This document shows positions 13,204-25,842 of a stretch of DNA of 61,221 nucleotides, piece by piece. The stretch is taken from positions 85,820,702 to 85,881,922 of the forward strand of contig NC_068987.1 of NCBI RefSeq assembly GCF_001194135.2, given 5' to 3'. Position 1 is the first letter of the stretch, and the number at the start of each line of letters is the position of its first letter. The notes below the pieces were generated by a model, which was given only the letters and a program-made list of their open reading frames with translations, made no database searches and was not told where the DNA came from. Both the position numbers and the translations under genes were made by a program. The stretch comes from Octopus bimaculoides. Its lineage: Eukaryota.

Positions 13204-13324
13204 GCATGTGTTGACTGTGGTAGTTAGTCTGAAACATACACATACAAATATGTAGGAATCTATTCTATAGACTGGATGATAGAGGAAGTAGCTATCTGCG
13301 TCCCATTGTTGTGTGTGTGTGTGT

Positions 13325-13362
<38 letters not shown>

Positions 13363-13859
13363 GAGAGAGAGAGCGTGCATGTATTTAGCACTTCCTGTCA
13401 GTCACGCGACTGATGCAACATTCAATTATTAGGTATTCGTAAAATAAAAGGAACTGTAACCATATTTTTTGGTGAATCACTTCGACGTCTGTTGCTCCCA
13501 TTTTAAGGGAATCAAACCAACAACCTTTTCAAAACCGTCCAGTTCCGAAGAAAGTTGACCTTCGCTTGTCTCAAAGCAAAAGACGAAGTTGATTGTCAGA
13601 TGTAGCTTCAAGGAGCTACAGCACCAACTTTCTTAAAAAGAATTTTCCCTCATACTGATCCCGTTCTTCGCAGGATATAAAACTATTCCACTATAGGTAA
13701 ATCAACTGAAATGCGTAACCTTGTTCTTCGAAGCAGTTTTGAAGAGCTCAAAATCTAGAAGATTCGAATTTTCAGGTTTCTTCAAAAGAATTTGATATTA
13801 ACTTAACGGGCATATTCTATATTCTGTTAAATTTTTTTGTTAATGTATGACGGCGAAAA

Positions 13860-14200
13860 CTATCACGATTCTCCTATGAAAACCATCAAGCTCTGTGCAA
13901 GGCAAAGATGGTCCAACTAAAGGAATACCAGTAATAGCAGCACCGCTTTATGACAACACAGTGGACTCTTTTCTGCTTGAGATAGCGATGGACTTGTCTC
14001 TCAGGCAAAGGATCGCTCCATGCAAGAGAAAGGTGTGACATCATATTGAAGGGATCAATGAAACAACCTCTTTCTCTATTACCTTAATTGTACAAATGCT
14101 AGTAGCCCCAAGCTCATCAACCGTGTGATGTGTAACATTTGTTATCATCTCTTGGATATGCTGCAGTCTACATCAATGCAGAGCAATTGTGAGAGCAAAC
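13860..14200 (+). pseudogene. Highly decayed DNA-transposase-like relic, possibly Academ-type
   Basis: Short frameshifted pieces IPVIAA-PLY (13925), QWT, DS-WT and DIILKGS (14037) follow the order of a motif series I recall from that family (PVI..DQPLYA.AK.IQW...GSGW...ILKGSH). No continuous ORF. Confidence 0.3.
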
Positions 14201-14802
14201 TCGGCTAAATATAGAAAAAAGAAATGTGGAGGAAATATACAATGATACATAAGTACACAATATATTATGGCAAAAGTTTCATTGCTTTGAGGAACGAAAG
14301 ATTATGACGAATATAAATAAGAATTATAATCCGATCTCATATAATATTTTAGAACATTTTAAGTAATCAGATTATTATTTATCACTACAGCACACATTAC
14401 TCGTCTGGATATCATAAACTAAGAGAAACGAAGGTGTGCGAATTTGTAGATACAGTGTATTAACCTTTAACACGATGGAAACAGATATCTATGCATCAGA
14501 TAAACTTAATAACTTGCAGAAGAATTGAAGGATAGGTGGACGGAAGATTGCGAAATTGTGGAGATCAACCCCTTCCAAGTCTCCGTACAGCATATTTCTT
14601 CTAAGAAGAGAGAAAGTCAGAAAGAGAGGGGTCAAAAATGTAGGAGAAAAATCGGTCTCTGTATATCATAGAACTGACGCATTAGATATCGACACCGAAA
14701 GGTTGGAATACTAAATTTACAATGGCAAGATTGAAACAAGGCACAGAGTTACTGTATATTTACAGTAGAACATTATTTCCGCCTTAGATACCTACTTGAA
14801 CA

Positions 14803-14846
<44 letters not shown>

Positions 14847-15382
14847 ACACATACAAACACGCACACACAGTCACTCAATCACTCACTCACACGCGCACGC
14901 TCTCACGCACGCAGGCATATATATTTACACATACACCATATACGTATTATATGTGTGTTCGTATACTTAGATGGATAAGTTTTTTGTTTGTGCGTTGCAA
15001 TCAGTTTTCTATTGTCGATATACGCATTAATCACTTATAATACATATTTGAAAGCAACGTAACAAAATCCGTAAACAATTATAATTATATTATAAAAGTG
15101 AATATTCTTTCGTGTGATTCTGAATTAATCAAATATTTTGATAAACATGATTTGAAATAATTTATGGAGATTATAGGATTTTCAGAGTTTTTTTATATTT
15201 TTATTCAATAAGAACATTAATGCAAACACAAAACCTCTTAATCGAAATTCTGTGTGTTGTTTCATGTCATAAAATAATATTTTTCGTTAACAAATATTCA
15301 TTATGTTTATTTTGCGAAACGTAGGGAATTGAGAAAATATAATTGTAGTATAATAAATAGATTTAAGCATCTTTCATAAGTA

Positions 15383-15900
15383 CAGTACTCCCTCGACTAT
15401 CACAAGTGTTACGTTCCAAACTCCCACGTGATAGGCGAAAATCCGTGAAGTAGAAACAGTACTGTACTGTATATTTTTTTTTAATTATTTTTATAATTTG
15501 CATATATTTATTTTATTATAAATTCAAAACACGGAGGAATCGATGTACGCTTAAATAATAAACAGCGATAAGTGAACCACGATATAGGTAGGTATTACTG
15601 TACACTAATACAATAAATTTATGCAACCCATAGCTATTCTCAAAAGTTAACTTTGTCCTATGTGTCCTCGTTCTATCTTTGTTATGCATTTTCTGAAAGT
15701 GTTTCCATGGTTTTGTGAACTTTCTGATGAAGTACATCGTACAAAGACCCACAGGGGTTTCACTGCTTCTCTGCTCAGACGCATCGTTTCTCTCTTGCGC
15801 TTCCTATTACTCAAAAGCTGTTTTATTACAATTGCTTCTTTCCTGGAACTGCAGCTATCTCGGGCCCGCAACTTTCATCTTATTTTTCTCTAACCTATGA
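15383..15900. mobile_element. pogo/Tigger-like DNA transposon remnant
   Basis: TA followed by a CAGTACTCCCTCG terminus at 15383. The minus-strand peptide KLTFENSYGLHKF resembles the CENP-B-type HTH motif F.AS.GW..F. A related terminus lies at 55040-55168. Confidence 0.55.
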
Positions 15901-16863
15901 TATTCAGTCATTTAAACTTTCTGTCGATCGATATCATTTGAAAATTATGCACCTTCTCTCTCGTCTTTAATTTTAGAGTGGTCTGAAATCTTTGTTTGGG
16001 ATATCATGGTAAAAATAACGTAAAAAAAAATAATTCCATCTCACAGTATAGGACAGTTAACTGCGTCAATGACAAAATGTATTGATATAATCATTTAGTA
16101 ATTTCGGTTATCTTACAACGTATTGTACCCAATGTAAAAACAATCCTGGTGGCTACTAGCTTACCATTCCATGTGAACATTTGGAACGTACCCTGTAGGC
16201 TCAAATATACGTTTAGTTCACAGTACTTCCGCTGCGGGTATCACATTTCTCACCTCCGTAATCCTTTGCTCTTGTTTTTGCAAACAGTAATTTAAACAAA
16301 ATGGATTACATTAATTGCACTTTTGTTTTCACATCTACCAGCATACATTACTTCTGTACAGGTGACGCAAGCCAATTTCTTAGTTGCACATTCAATACAC
16401 GGATGTTATTCAAATGCAGCTAAAAACCTCGTAACATAAATGACCAGTATCTATCAGCAGGGACCTTTAGTGTGTCCTCGTATAAGACATGTAACGATTA
16501 CCTTAAGTCTCTGGTCGCAATTAACATTACATTTTTACGAATATCTGGACACATTGTGTGCATCATGAACACTATTCATATACAAGATTCATTTAACGCA
16601 TCTGAGGTTTCTAGAATTGAGAAACGTCTATCCTATTTTATTGCTGATTCATCCATCACTGATCCGAGACAACACGATATAAACAAATATTACGTACTGC
16701 GCTTGTTACGAATTGATCTGTGATAATATGAGTCATTGATCGATTAAAAATCTGCTTGGACCACAAAATCGAACTCTGGTGACAATTCGCAATGATGAGG
16801 ACAACTCGGGATCATGAAATGAAACCCATTTTCTCCGTATGTTCCATTATTCATATACCACAA

Positions 16864-17081
16864 GGCGGCGAGCTGGCAGAAACATTAGCACGCCTGGCGA
16901 AATGCTTAGCGGTATTTCGTCTGCCGTTACTTTCTGAGTTCAAATTCCAGCAAGGTCGACTTTGCATTTCATCCTTTCGGTGTCGATTAAATAAGTACCA
17001 GTTATGCACTGGAATTAATCCCTTTGTCTGTCCTTGTTTGTCCTCTCAATGTTTAAGCCCATGTGGGCAATAAAAACATAG
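16864..17081 (+). mobile_element. Full-length SINE family D with a perfect 17-bp TSD
   Basis: A-box-like ggcgagctggcagaa and B-box-like gagttcaaattcc. TTATTCATATACCACAA is present at both 16847-16863 and 17082-17098. Confidence 0.95.
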
Positions 17082-17376
17082 TTATTCATATACCACAAAT
17101 TCATTTAACACAGTGTTATTTTAGAAACAAACACCTGTGATAAATGAAGATGGAGGTACTTCACACTCATTAGTTATCTCTGCGGGAGAAACCGCATGCA
17201 CTGCCTATAACATTGTGTAAATTTACATCAGACAGAATAGGATACCTCTCTACAGACAGAGAAAACCCCAGCATTGGTTTGTAATTAAACTTCGTCAAGA
17301 CTTATACAAACCCACACTGCAAAATTGGACACATTATTCATTCGGTTGCATATATGTATGTATATATATGTATGTA

Positions 17377-17427
<51 letters not shown>

Positions 17428-17476
17428 ATAAAAGCAACTAGATTTAAGTCTTTACTGTACAGTAAAGTCTTTTTAA

Positions 17477-17628
17477 CAACGCAAAGCGGCAGACCTACGT
17501 AAGACGATGTTACTACTTTTTTTAGCCCAAGGAAAACATCTTTTCCAGCTGGCACTGACACATGATCATGTTTTCCTGGTGCTAAAAATTAGTAACATCG
17601 TCCTACGTAGGTCTGCCACTTTGCATTG
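17477..17628. repeat. Long imperfect inverted repeat (about 62-bp arms, about 28-nt spacer)
   Basis: 17477-17539 aligns to the reverse complement of 17568-17628 with about 6 mismatches and one 2-nt indel. Confidence 0.95.
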
Positions 17629-18013
17629 GCAAATAGACTTTACGATATATATATATATTGTTGGATCTAAGGGGTGTCATATAGTGTAATATCTAACACG
17701 TTCACTGGTTCGATTTCCATTCACTTATTATTTATACGTTTTTCTTCCAAAATGTTAGCCTTTTGTACAACCTTGTCAATTGATGTTGACTCTGTCCGTT
17801 ATGCGTTAGAATGGAGAGATTAAATACCCAATCCATTTTCAAGATTGCAAATGCAACAACAACTTTGGAAACGAAAAATATAAATAATAAATGAGCGGAA
17901 ATTGAACCGGTGAGTGAATTAGATATTAAGGCAGTATGACTCTCTCCTGACACAATTTGCTTCATCACACGAATTCACATAAAGAATCGTGCAAGCAAGG
18001 CACAGAAAGGATG

Positions 18014-18058
<45 letters not shown>

Positions 18059-18629
18059 AATAAAAACACGAAGAACAAACACAAAAAGCAACAATGCGAG
18101 GACGTGGTATATGTAGAGTATTAGCAGATGCTGAAGGAAGGAAAAAATGGTGGTTGTATGTTTCAAGAAAAAGTAGACATATAACCATATTAGTTTTTGT
18201 ATGTATGTTTATTGTTATTATCTGGTATGCATGTCTCTAAATAATAATAAAAATGCACAACAAAAGAGCTTCCACATCGACGTTACTCCTGAAATTTGAC
18301 AGTTAAATTATGACTCAAGTCACATCCCAACAATTTTAAACAATGAACGGATATGTCAGATGAGATCCTCTAAGACATGAGTCTAGTAAAAGAAGTAGAT
18401 TGGCCACAGTTAGGATACCTTTTGGTCATATACCTGTTCAATTAGGTCTGTCTTAATGTTAAACAAGAATATAAACAACAATAACAACAAGAGCTGTGAT
18501 GAAGTCAATATAATTATTTGAAGAAGCAATGTCTACATCAAACATATTGGTTGAGATATTTAGATGCTCTTACTTTAGATATGATTTCTAAGCACAGAAA
18601 CTCGAGCAATCATATCCTAGAATCTGTGT

Positions 18630-18835
18630 AATACCGGTTTCAAATTTTAGCCCAAGTCCATAAAGTTCTGGAGAGGAGTATAATCGATTACGTTGACCCC
18701 AGTGATCAACTGGTACTTATTTTCGAACGCGATAGGATGAAAGGTAAAATCGACCTCGGTGAAATTTGAACTCCGACGGGAAAGAGGGACGGGATGCCGC
18801 TATGCATTTTTCCCGCCATATAATCTTGCAATTCG
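18630..18835 (-). mobile_element. Degenerate SINE family D
   Basis: Reverse complement of the family D core (tggtacttat...ggatgaaaggtaaaatcgacctcgg..aatttgaactc). Confidence 0.8.
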
Positions 18836-20565
18836 GTGTGAAAATGATCTGGAGAAAATCTACATTTATGAATCTTTATTTACATACATTTTTATAGAGA
18901 GAATGCGTTATCTTATAATATGAAACTTACTAAGAATGTAGCATCATATCCAGTTTCATTTAATCTTGATGGATAGTTATTCAAATTTGAAAAGCGAGAT
19001 AAACAGATTGTTTTACAATTTTTAAAACTAATTATGCTAAAGCTAACTTCATATCGTAACAGCAATCTATCATCCTCAAAGATATAGGATTTCTCAAAGG
19101 AAACAAAGACAGATACAGACAAATTTATTTTAGATGAGCTTCTCCAGAACAGAGTAATTAATTAATTCCCCAACAAGAATATGAATATCTATGTTACCAC
19201 AAGGCATTTAATACTCTTTCAAAGCTACGGACCAATAAAAATATATTTGAATCCTTTACTGAAAGAAAACAATTTAAAAACAGTTATAACGTATGGGAAA
19301 TAATGAGAGGTATTTTTATAGCATGAATTCTCTTAGTTGTCTCTTGTCAGCGATGTTTCTTGTAAAGATAATTGAAATGGTTTATGTCTGTTTTTTGTTT
19401 GTTTCTGCTTTTCATTTTTGAATATTAGTTCATTTCCATTCCTATTCCAAATTTCTATAGGCTAATCGTACTGTGTGTACAAGGAACAAATGTTTCATGT
19501 AAAAGCAGTAAACAGAAAATAATTTTGTATTATGATGCTAATGTACAAAGCAATGAAGTCAAGATAATTATTTGAAGAGGCAGTGTCTACTTCAGACATA
19601 TGGAATGCGATATATAGATGCTCTTGCTTTGGATATGATTCCTAAGCACAGAAACTCGAGCCATCATATCCTAAAAGCTTACCGTTTAATTTAACAGGAG
19701 ACCTCAGTTAGCATGGTTTATTTTAACTTTCGATGGCTTCTAATATGAATGCGAATTTTCTTGTAAGACTTCGAATTATAGTAGAAATAAATGCAAGCTC
19801 TGAGAAATGAACTATAAAAGTGAACTAATACTAGATTCTTATTCACCGTTTCAAGTATATTTCTATTATGATTTAGTCATTGTCAGCCGATATTTTAATA
19901 TTTTTCGCATACTTATCTGGTATTCTGTATTCAACCGCACATATTTGCGTGATTAAGTGTACGACGATTGTGTTACGAAACTACACTTATATTTCACAAC
20001 AAATTATTTCAACCATCTCAGATTTGCTTATTATTGCTTCAATATTCTGAACTTTTGACAGGATTCATGAATTTAAACCAGAAAGAAACCTGACACCTCT
20101 GTTCGTTTTGTTTCTGGTTGTACGTTTTATTCCAATAAAGGATATGTACACACGCACGTATAGACCTGCACACACGCACGCTCGCATACACACACGCGCG
20201 CATACGCTCAAGCACTTTTATAAACGCAGCCTAGTATGCATTTTGAGTGAGCATTGTTTGTCAACCAGTGGTTTAGACATTATACAGCCATGGTTATTTT
20301 AAGAGATTTGTTCGTAAAGATGAAATCTCAAAACACGTGTGAGTATTATTAATACATGCTCAAAGTACATTTATACTTAACTCAATAACGCCATTTCTAG
20401 CAATAATAATAATAATAATAATAATAATACATCCCAGTACCAAATGTTATAGTTTACTGAAAGAGACGTTGCGAGACTTCCGGCAACAGGTTACTGTCAG
20501 CTCTCACAGAATCAACCAAAGCAAGTAAGATCGTGAGCACTAAGAAGTAAAATAACAATAATAAC

Positions 20566-20612
<47 letters not shown>

Positions 20613-20639
20613 TGATGATGATGATGATGATAACTATGA

Positions 20640-21162
20640 CTTCTGATCTTAATTGATCGGACGTGTTATCATGTACATCGTTTTGTCTCGGTATAAAAAG
20701 ATGGGCTACAGCAAATATTCTGCTTAATGCCACAGATTTGCTTGTCAGTTGTTTGACTTTAACCAGTGGAGTATGTCCCTTGGTGGCTGACGATATGTGC
20801 ATCTCTGATCATGAGCAGAAGTAATGGGGAATCATCATACCCATGTGTTGAGAGGAATTCTTTCGGGCTTGAATAATTCACCTGTGGAAACATGGGTGTT
20901 TTGCTCAACATCCTTAAACAAACCTTATTCAGGGACCTTTTAAGCGGGATGAGCAACTCGACCTGAAGAAAAAATTCTAACTGTGCCCCTCCTGCGAGGT
21001 CATGCACCATTTATCTTGATATGAGATCCCCATGTCGTGCACATATGGTTGTGATGCATGTGCCTGTTGTACCCTTATCAGATGGGTAGTCATGAAGGGT
21101 ATATTGAGCTTCGTATATTTTACTCCAGTGTCACTTTGATGGCATGCACTGCTCTCTCACTC
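20640..21162 (+). mobile_element. Probable long 3' UTR of a Dong-type LINE between (AAT)n arrays
   Basis: A homologous copy in opposite orientation lies at about 43870-44160, where it adjoins a decayed RLE-like C-terminus. This copy ends directly in (AAT)n. Confidence 0.55.
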
Positions 21163-21199
21163 AATAATGATAATAATCATAATAGATAATAAAATATAG

Positions 21200-22375
21200 A
21201 AGACACTAACTTATTGATCTATGAAAGCGGAGTAGTAGTCACCAGAAGATTAGATATCTCACAATGAAAAATTAAAAAAGAGCAAATGTGGAACAGAGGA
21301 CTACAACAGAAACTGAAGACTTTAAGTCAAGATGTGAGTAGAATAGAAACCTGGAAACTGAAGAAGTTAGGAAACACACGAGGCAAATGTTCCCTTGAGA
21401 AAAGATACTTAGTCAAAGAGAGAGGATTTGGAATAGCAATAGGAGAGTTGAAACAGCAAAGCATAGCAGTATCAGGCAAGCTCATAAAAGAATAGATCAC
21501 TATCAACAGAACAGATTATGAGAGACAGATCAGAGGAGATTTTATAGCCAAATAAATTGTGGAGAACGAAGTACTGAAGATGAGAAACCTAATGCAGAAG
21601 AAGTTAGAAAGTTCTGGAGTATTATTTGGGATAAGCCGGTCAATAATAATTGAGACGCAGTATGGTTAAAGAAAATGAGGGAAGAAGTAATGAGTGAGAA
21701 TCAGTCAGGTCACAGATTAACTAGTGCATTAATGAGTAAAGTGTTAGGGAAAATGCCGAATTAGTAGGGCCCAGGACCATATTTAGTTCAAGGGTATTGG
21801 CTAAAGAAATTCAGTAGATTACATGAGAGGTTGATAGGACAACTTCAGGATTGCCTTAATGGGGGAATAATAAGAGATTGGATGGCTAGAGAGGGGAAAA
21901 TACCCATTATGAAGGATAAGAGCAAGATTAATACAGCTAGAGACTGTACACCACTTATTTGCTTTCCATTAATGTGGAAGCTGTTAACAGGAGTAGTTTC
22001 AGAAAGCATTTACGAGCAACTTGACAACCAGAAGTTACTACCAGAAGAACAGAAAGGTTGCAAGAAGAAGGCTAGAGGAACGCATTATCTATTATATAGA
22101 GACAAAGCAGTTCTAAATTAATAAAAGCTAGAAGGAAAAATCTAACAATAGCATGGATAGATTTTAGGAAGGCTTATGGCGTGATCTGACACTCATGGAT
22201 AAGTGAATGTTTGAGCATGCTCAGTATAGCAGAAAACATAATAGGATTAATTAGCTTTAGCATGATGAAATGGAAAGTAGATTTCTACTCAGGTAATACA
22301 CTCTAAGGGAAAGTTAACATCAAAAGAGAAGCTTTCCCGGTGGTCTCGGTGTCCCCTTTAATAATTGTTTTTATT
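21200..22375 (+). mobile_element. R4/Dong LINE reverse-transcriptase fragment (decayed)
   Basis: DWM..G..IMKDKSK...PLICFPLMWKLLTG...LLPEEQKGC...RGT, then NLTIAWIDFRKAY..HSWI..CL and a degraded QGD-SP region. Many stops and frameshifts. Confidence 0.9.
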
Positions 22376-22419
22376 TTAAAAACTCCGAAAGGGTGAATGT
22401 CAAAATTAAACAGAAAGAT

Positions 22420-22632
22420 TCATGGAATGCTGCTCAGCCTTTTATCCGAAGCGGTAACGTAACTAAGGCTACGGTTAAATATCCAGCCATCTTCTTCTTG
22501 GTTTATCCGTAGGACTCCTGCCGGTTGTTTTGTCTTGAAGGTTAGTTCCTGTGAAATTCTAATCGTATAGCCGCAGTACCGAAGAAAAATCGGATGGACA
22601 AGCGGATGGTGAGAACATAATAATCTACACAA
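22420..22632 (-). mobile_element. Possible RTE-type LINE C-terminal relic
   Basis: FLRYCGYTIRI, then in a shifted frame TTGRSPTDKPRRRWLD. This resembles LRWFGHV.R...G.R.RGRPR.RW.D. Confidence 0.45.
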
Positions 22633-22839
22633 TGATTTTTATTTTCTCATAAATTAATCTTAAATTGTTTTAACTAAGCTCAAAGCATTTGGGCCCCACA
22701 ATGGAAATATATCTGGAAATGATTAACATTATGTTTATCATGTAGTTAACTACGCATTCATCTACGATACAAGTTCATGTACAGCCAGGTAAGATTAAGT
22801 ACATTATTGACATACATATATAGATATATATGTATTATT

Positions 22840-23060
22840 CCTATCTTCTATCTTTTATCATTTACCTGTTTTAGTCACTAGACTGCAGCCATGCTAGGGC
22901 ACGACTTTGCAATGTTTTGATAGAACTATTCATTTCCAGTTTTTATATACATGTTAAGCCTCATACTTATATTAACGCTATCTTTTGCAGATCCACTAAA
23001 TTACGAGGACGTAAACACACTAGCACCGATTGACGAGGAGTGATAGGGAACAAACACACA
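22840..23060 (-). mobile_element. SINE family B 3' half, degenerate
   Basis: Matches 40430-40650 (gactgcagccatgct...ggacgtaaacacac). Confidence 0.8.
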
Positions 23061-23483
23061 CATATACATATATATATAGTCAATTTAAAAAAAAACAATT
23101 AAGAGAAAAAGAAGAAAAGAAAAGAACGTGAGGACGCGCACAAGCATTATTTTAACTTGATGCTCGGTGAAAGGAGCGAGTTGTTAAAGTTTTGACCATA
23201 GCTTTTTGTCGGAGACAGAAAAGTCTAAAGTGAAAGAAAGAAAAATAAGGAAAAATTGCCNNNNNNNNNNNNNNNNNNNNNNNNNNNNNNNNNNNNNNNN
23301 NNNNNNNNNNNNNNNNNNNNNNNNNNNNNNNNNNNNNNNNNNNNNNNNNNNNNNNNNNNNNNNNNNNNNNNNNNNNNNNNNNNNNNNNNNNNNNNNNNNN
23401 NNNNNNNNNNNNNNNNNNNNNNNNNNNNNNNNNNNNNNNNNNNNNNNNNNNNNNNNNNNNNNNNNNNNNNNNNNNNNNNNNNN

Positions 23484-23536
<53 letters not shown>

Positions 23537-25426
23537 GTATATATATACCCGTTCTTTCGGTTGTGGGAAATTATATATTAACTGTAATAGTAGACCACAA
23601 CGAAAAAATTCGCGATAGAATAGCCAGGAGTTATATTTAGTCTGAGCAATCAAAACATTTGAAGTGAGTATTTTAACTAAGGTGGAAGATCTATATTGTA
23701 GTCAATTGTTGAAAATCGATATGATGAAAGCAACCAAATTTTACCTCCATTGGAATTCGACCAAGTATGTCTTGAAAGAAAACATAAAAAGAACGTAAAG
23801 TTTTATAGTGCAATGTGAGAGACTATCCAAAGTTTCCTGAACGAGCAGTATAACATTAATAAAACAATAGATCAAATATTGACATGGGAAGAACTTCATC
23901 ATACTTTCTTTATTTTTTATTTTATAGAACAAGCTTCAGGGAACAATTTCTTTTGATCGACTCAGTAGAATTTTTTGAAAACTGGCAAATCGACAGGGAA
24001 AGTGAATATTTGTAAAATTTCATATCTATATTCGACTGTACAGAACAAAATAATGAACATTTCAAGTCAATGGGTACAGAGAGAACATGTAATACAGCAA
24101 CATTATACATTATTTTTAATTTTTTAGCTAAAGATTCCAATTCTTACTAAGAAAGAATGTGATTATGAAATATTGATTCTGCTAGCATTCAACATCTAGA
24201 AAAATAATATATTCATTATAGATTAAACAATACCTGCAGGTTTTCTCTCTGTAACATAATCTACTTAATATATTTTGATTAGTTATAACGATAAAAATGT
24301 TAGAATGTTATATATCAGCGTTATACACTTTTCTAGGCTACCCGACGTTTGAAAACAGCAGTATATATTTTAACCCTAAATCATCAACATACTGTTATAT
24401 CTACCCCATACACACTCAAGTTGTCCTTCGTGGTGGTAGTTCTATGAAAGATCTTCCTTGTATTTCTCCCATAAGGTTACAGGATCACTGAGTTCGCATG
24501 ATTGTGTGTGTGTATGTGTATACTTTTTATGCGTTTCTACATCCAATTTTGATGAAATGTTTTGTATTAAATGGCAAATTTACCCAGACAGGTCACTGCC
24601 GTATTATCGATGCCTAGAGATACCCCATTCTAGGAGAAAATTTGATAAAACTGAAGGGCCCCGACCACCTTTTGCTAAAAAAGGCAAAAGTTGCACGCGA
24701 GAAATGTTTTTATAGAAATGTCGTCTACCGCGAGGTGCTTTAGACTGTCCAACGTACCGCAGCTTCCTTGCCGAACCGCTTTATGGTGAGTGAGTACTAT
24801 TGTTGCCATTTTTTCAAAATTATCTGTTTTTCTTAAGTTTTTTTTTTTTTTTTTGGCCACAACAGCTTCTCAATCTTTTTGCAGATGGCTTGAGTTTCGG
24901 CATCACTGCACCCACTACTTTTCATTTGAATAAAAAAGGATGTTTATACCTCTGAAGGGTTAACAATCCTTTTCAGGGCTATAGTAAGAACGATAATACG
25001 GCCTTTTCGGGGCTACTTTACATTCAAATGTTGCACCTTCTGAGATGCTCTTGTGGCTTCTCTGGGGATTTTCAGCCTGTTGTTACTACTTTATTTATGG
25101 TCTATGGGAAAAAGCAATTCTTCCTCAATGTCAATGTTAGCAACTTAACGCCAAAAATATCCAAAGAGATGTAAAAAAAAAAAAAANNNNNNNNNNNNNN
25201 NNNNNNNNNNNNNNNNNNNNNNNNNNNNNNNNNNNNNNNNNNNNNNNNNNNNNNNNNNNNNNNNNNNNNNNNNNNNNNNNNNNNNNNNNNNNNNNNNNNN
25301 NNNNNNNNNNNNNNNNNNNNNNNNNNNNNNNNNNNNNNNNNNNNNNNNNNNNNNNNNNNNNNNNNNNNNNNNNNNNNNNNNNNNNNNNNNNNNNNNNNAC
25401 TCCTGCTAGTTTTACATATTTGTATG

Positions 25427-25788
25427 TGTGGAGAAAAGGCCCAGTGGTTAGGGCAGCGAACTCTCGGTTGTAGGATCGCGCTTTCGATTCCCAGACCGGA
25501 CGTTGTGAGTGTTTATTGAGCGAAAACCCCTAAAGCCCCACGAGGCTCCGGCAGCGGGGTGGCAAACCCTGCTGTATTCTGTCACCACAACTTTCTCTCA
25601 CTCTTTCTTCCTGTTTCTGTTGTGCCTGTAATTCAAAAGGTCAGCGTTGTCACATTCTGTGTCATGCTGAATCTCCCTGAGAACTATGTTAAGGGTACAC
25701 GTGTCTGTGGAGTACTCAGACACTTGCACGTTAATTTCACGATCAACTGGAACCCTCGTCGTCGTTGTAACCGTCGGAGTGCCACGAT
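25427..25788 (+). mobile_element. Full-length tRNA-derived SINE family A
   Basis: A-box-like ggcccagtggttagg and B-box-like ttcgattcc. The body is shared with 3440-3680, 37340-37510 and 59867-60157. Confidence 0.9.
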
Positions 25789-25842
25789 GATTATTATGTA
25801 GTTGTGTTTGCAAGAAGAACATGCTTGTTATTTAAAAACTGT

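Noticed and set aside
25427-25510. tRNA gene (also other A-box/B-box heads)
   Set aside because: No convincing cloverleaf; each head continues into a repeated SINE body.
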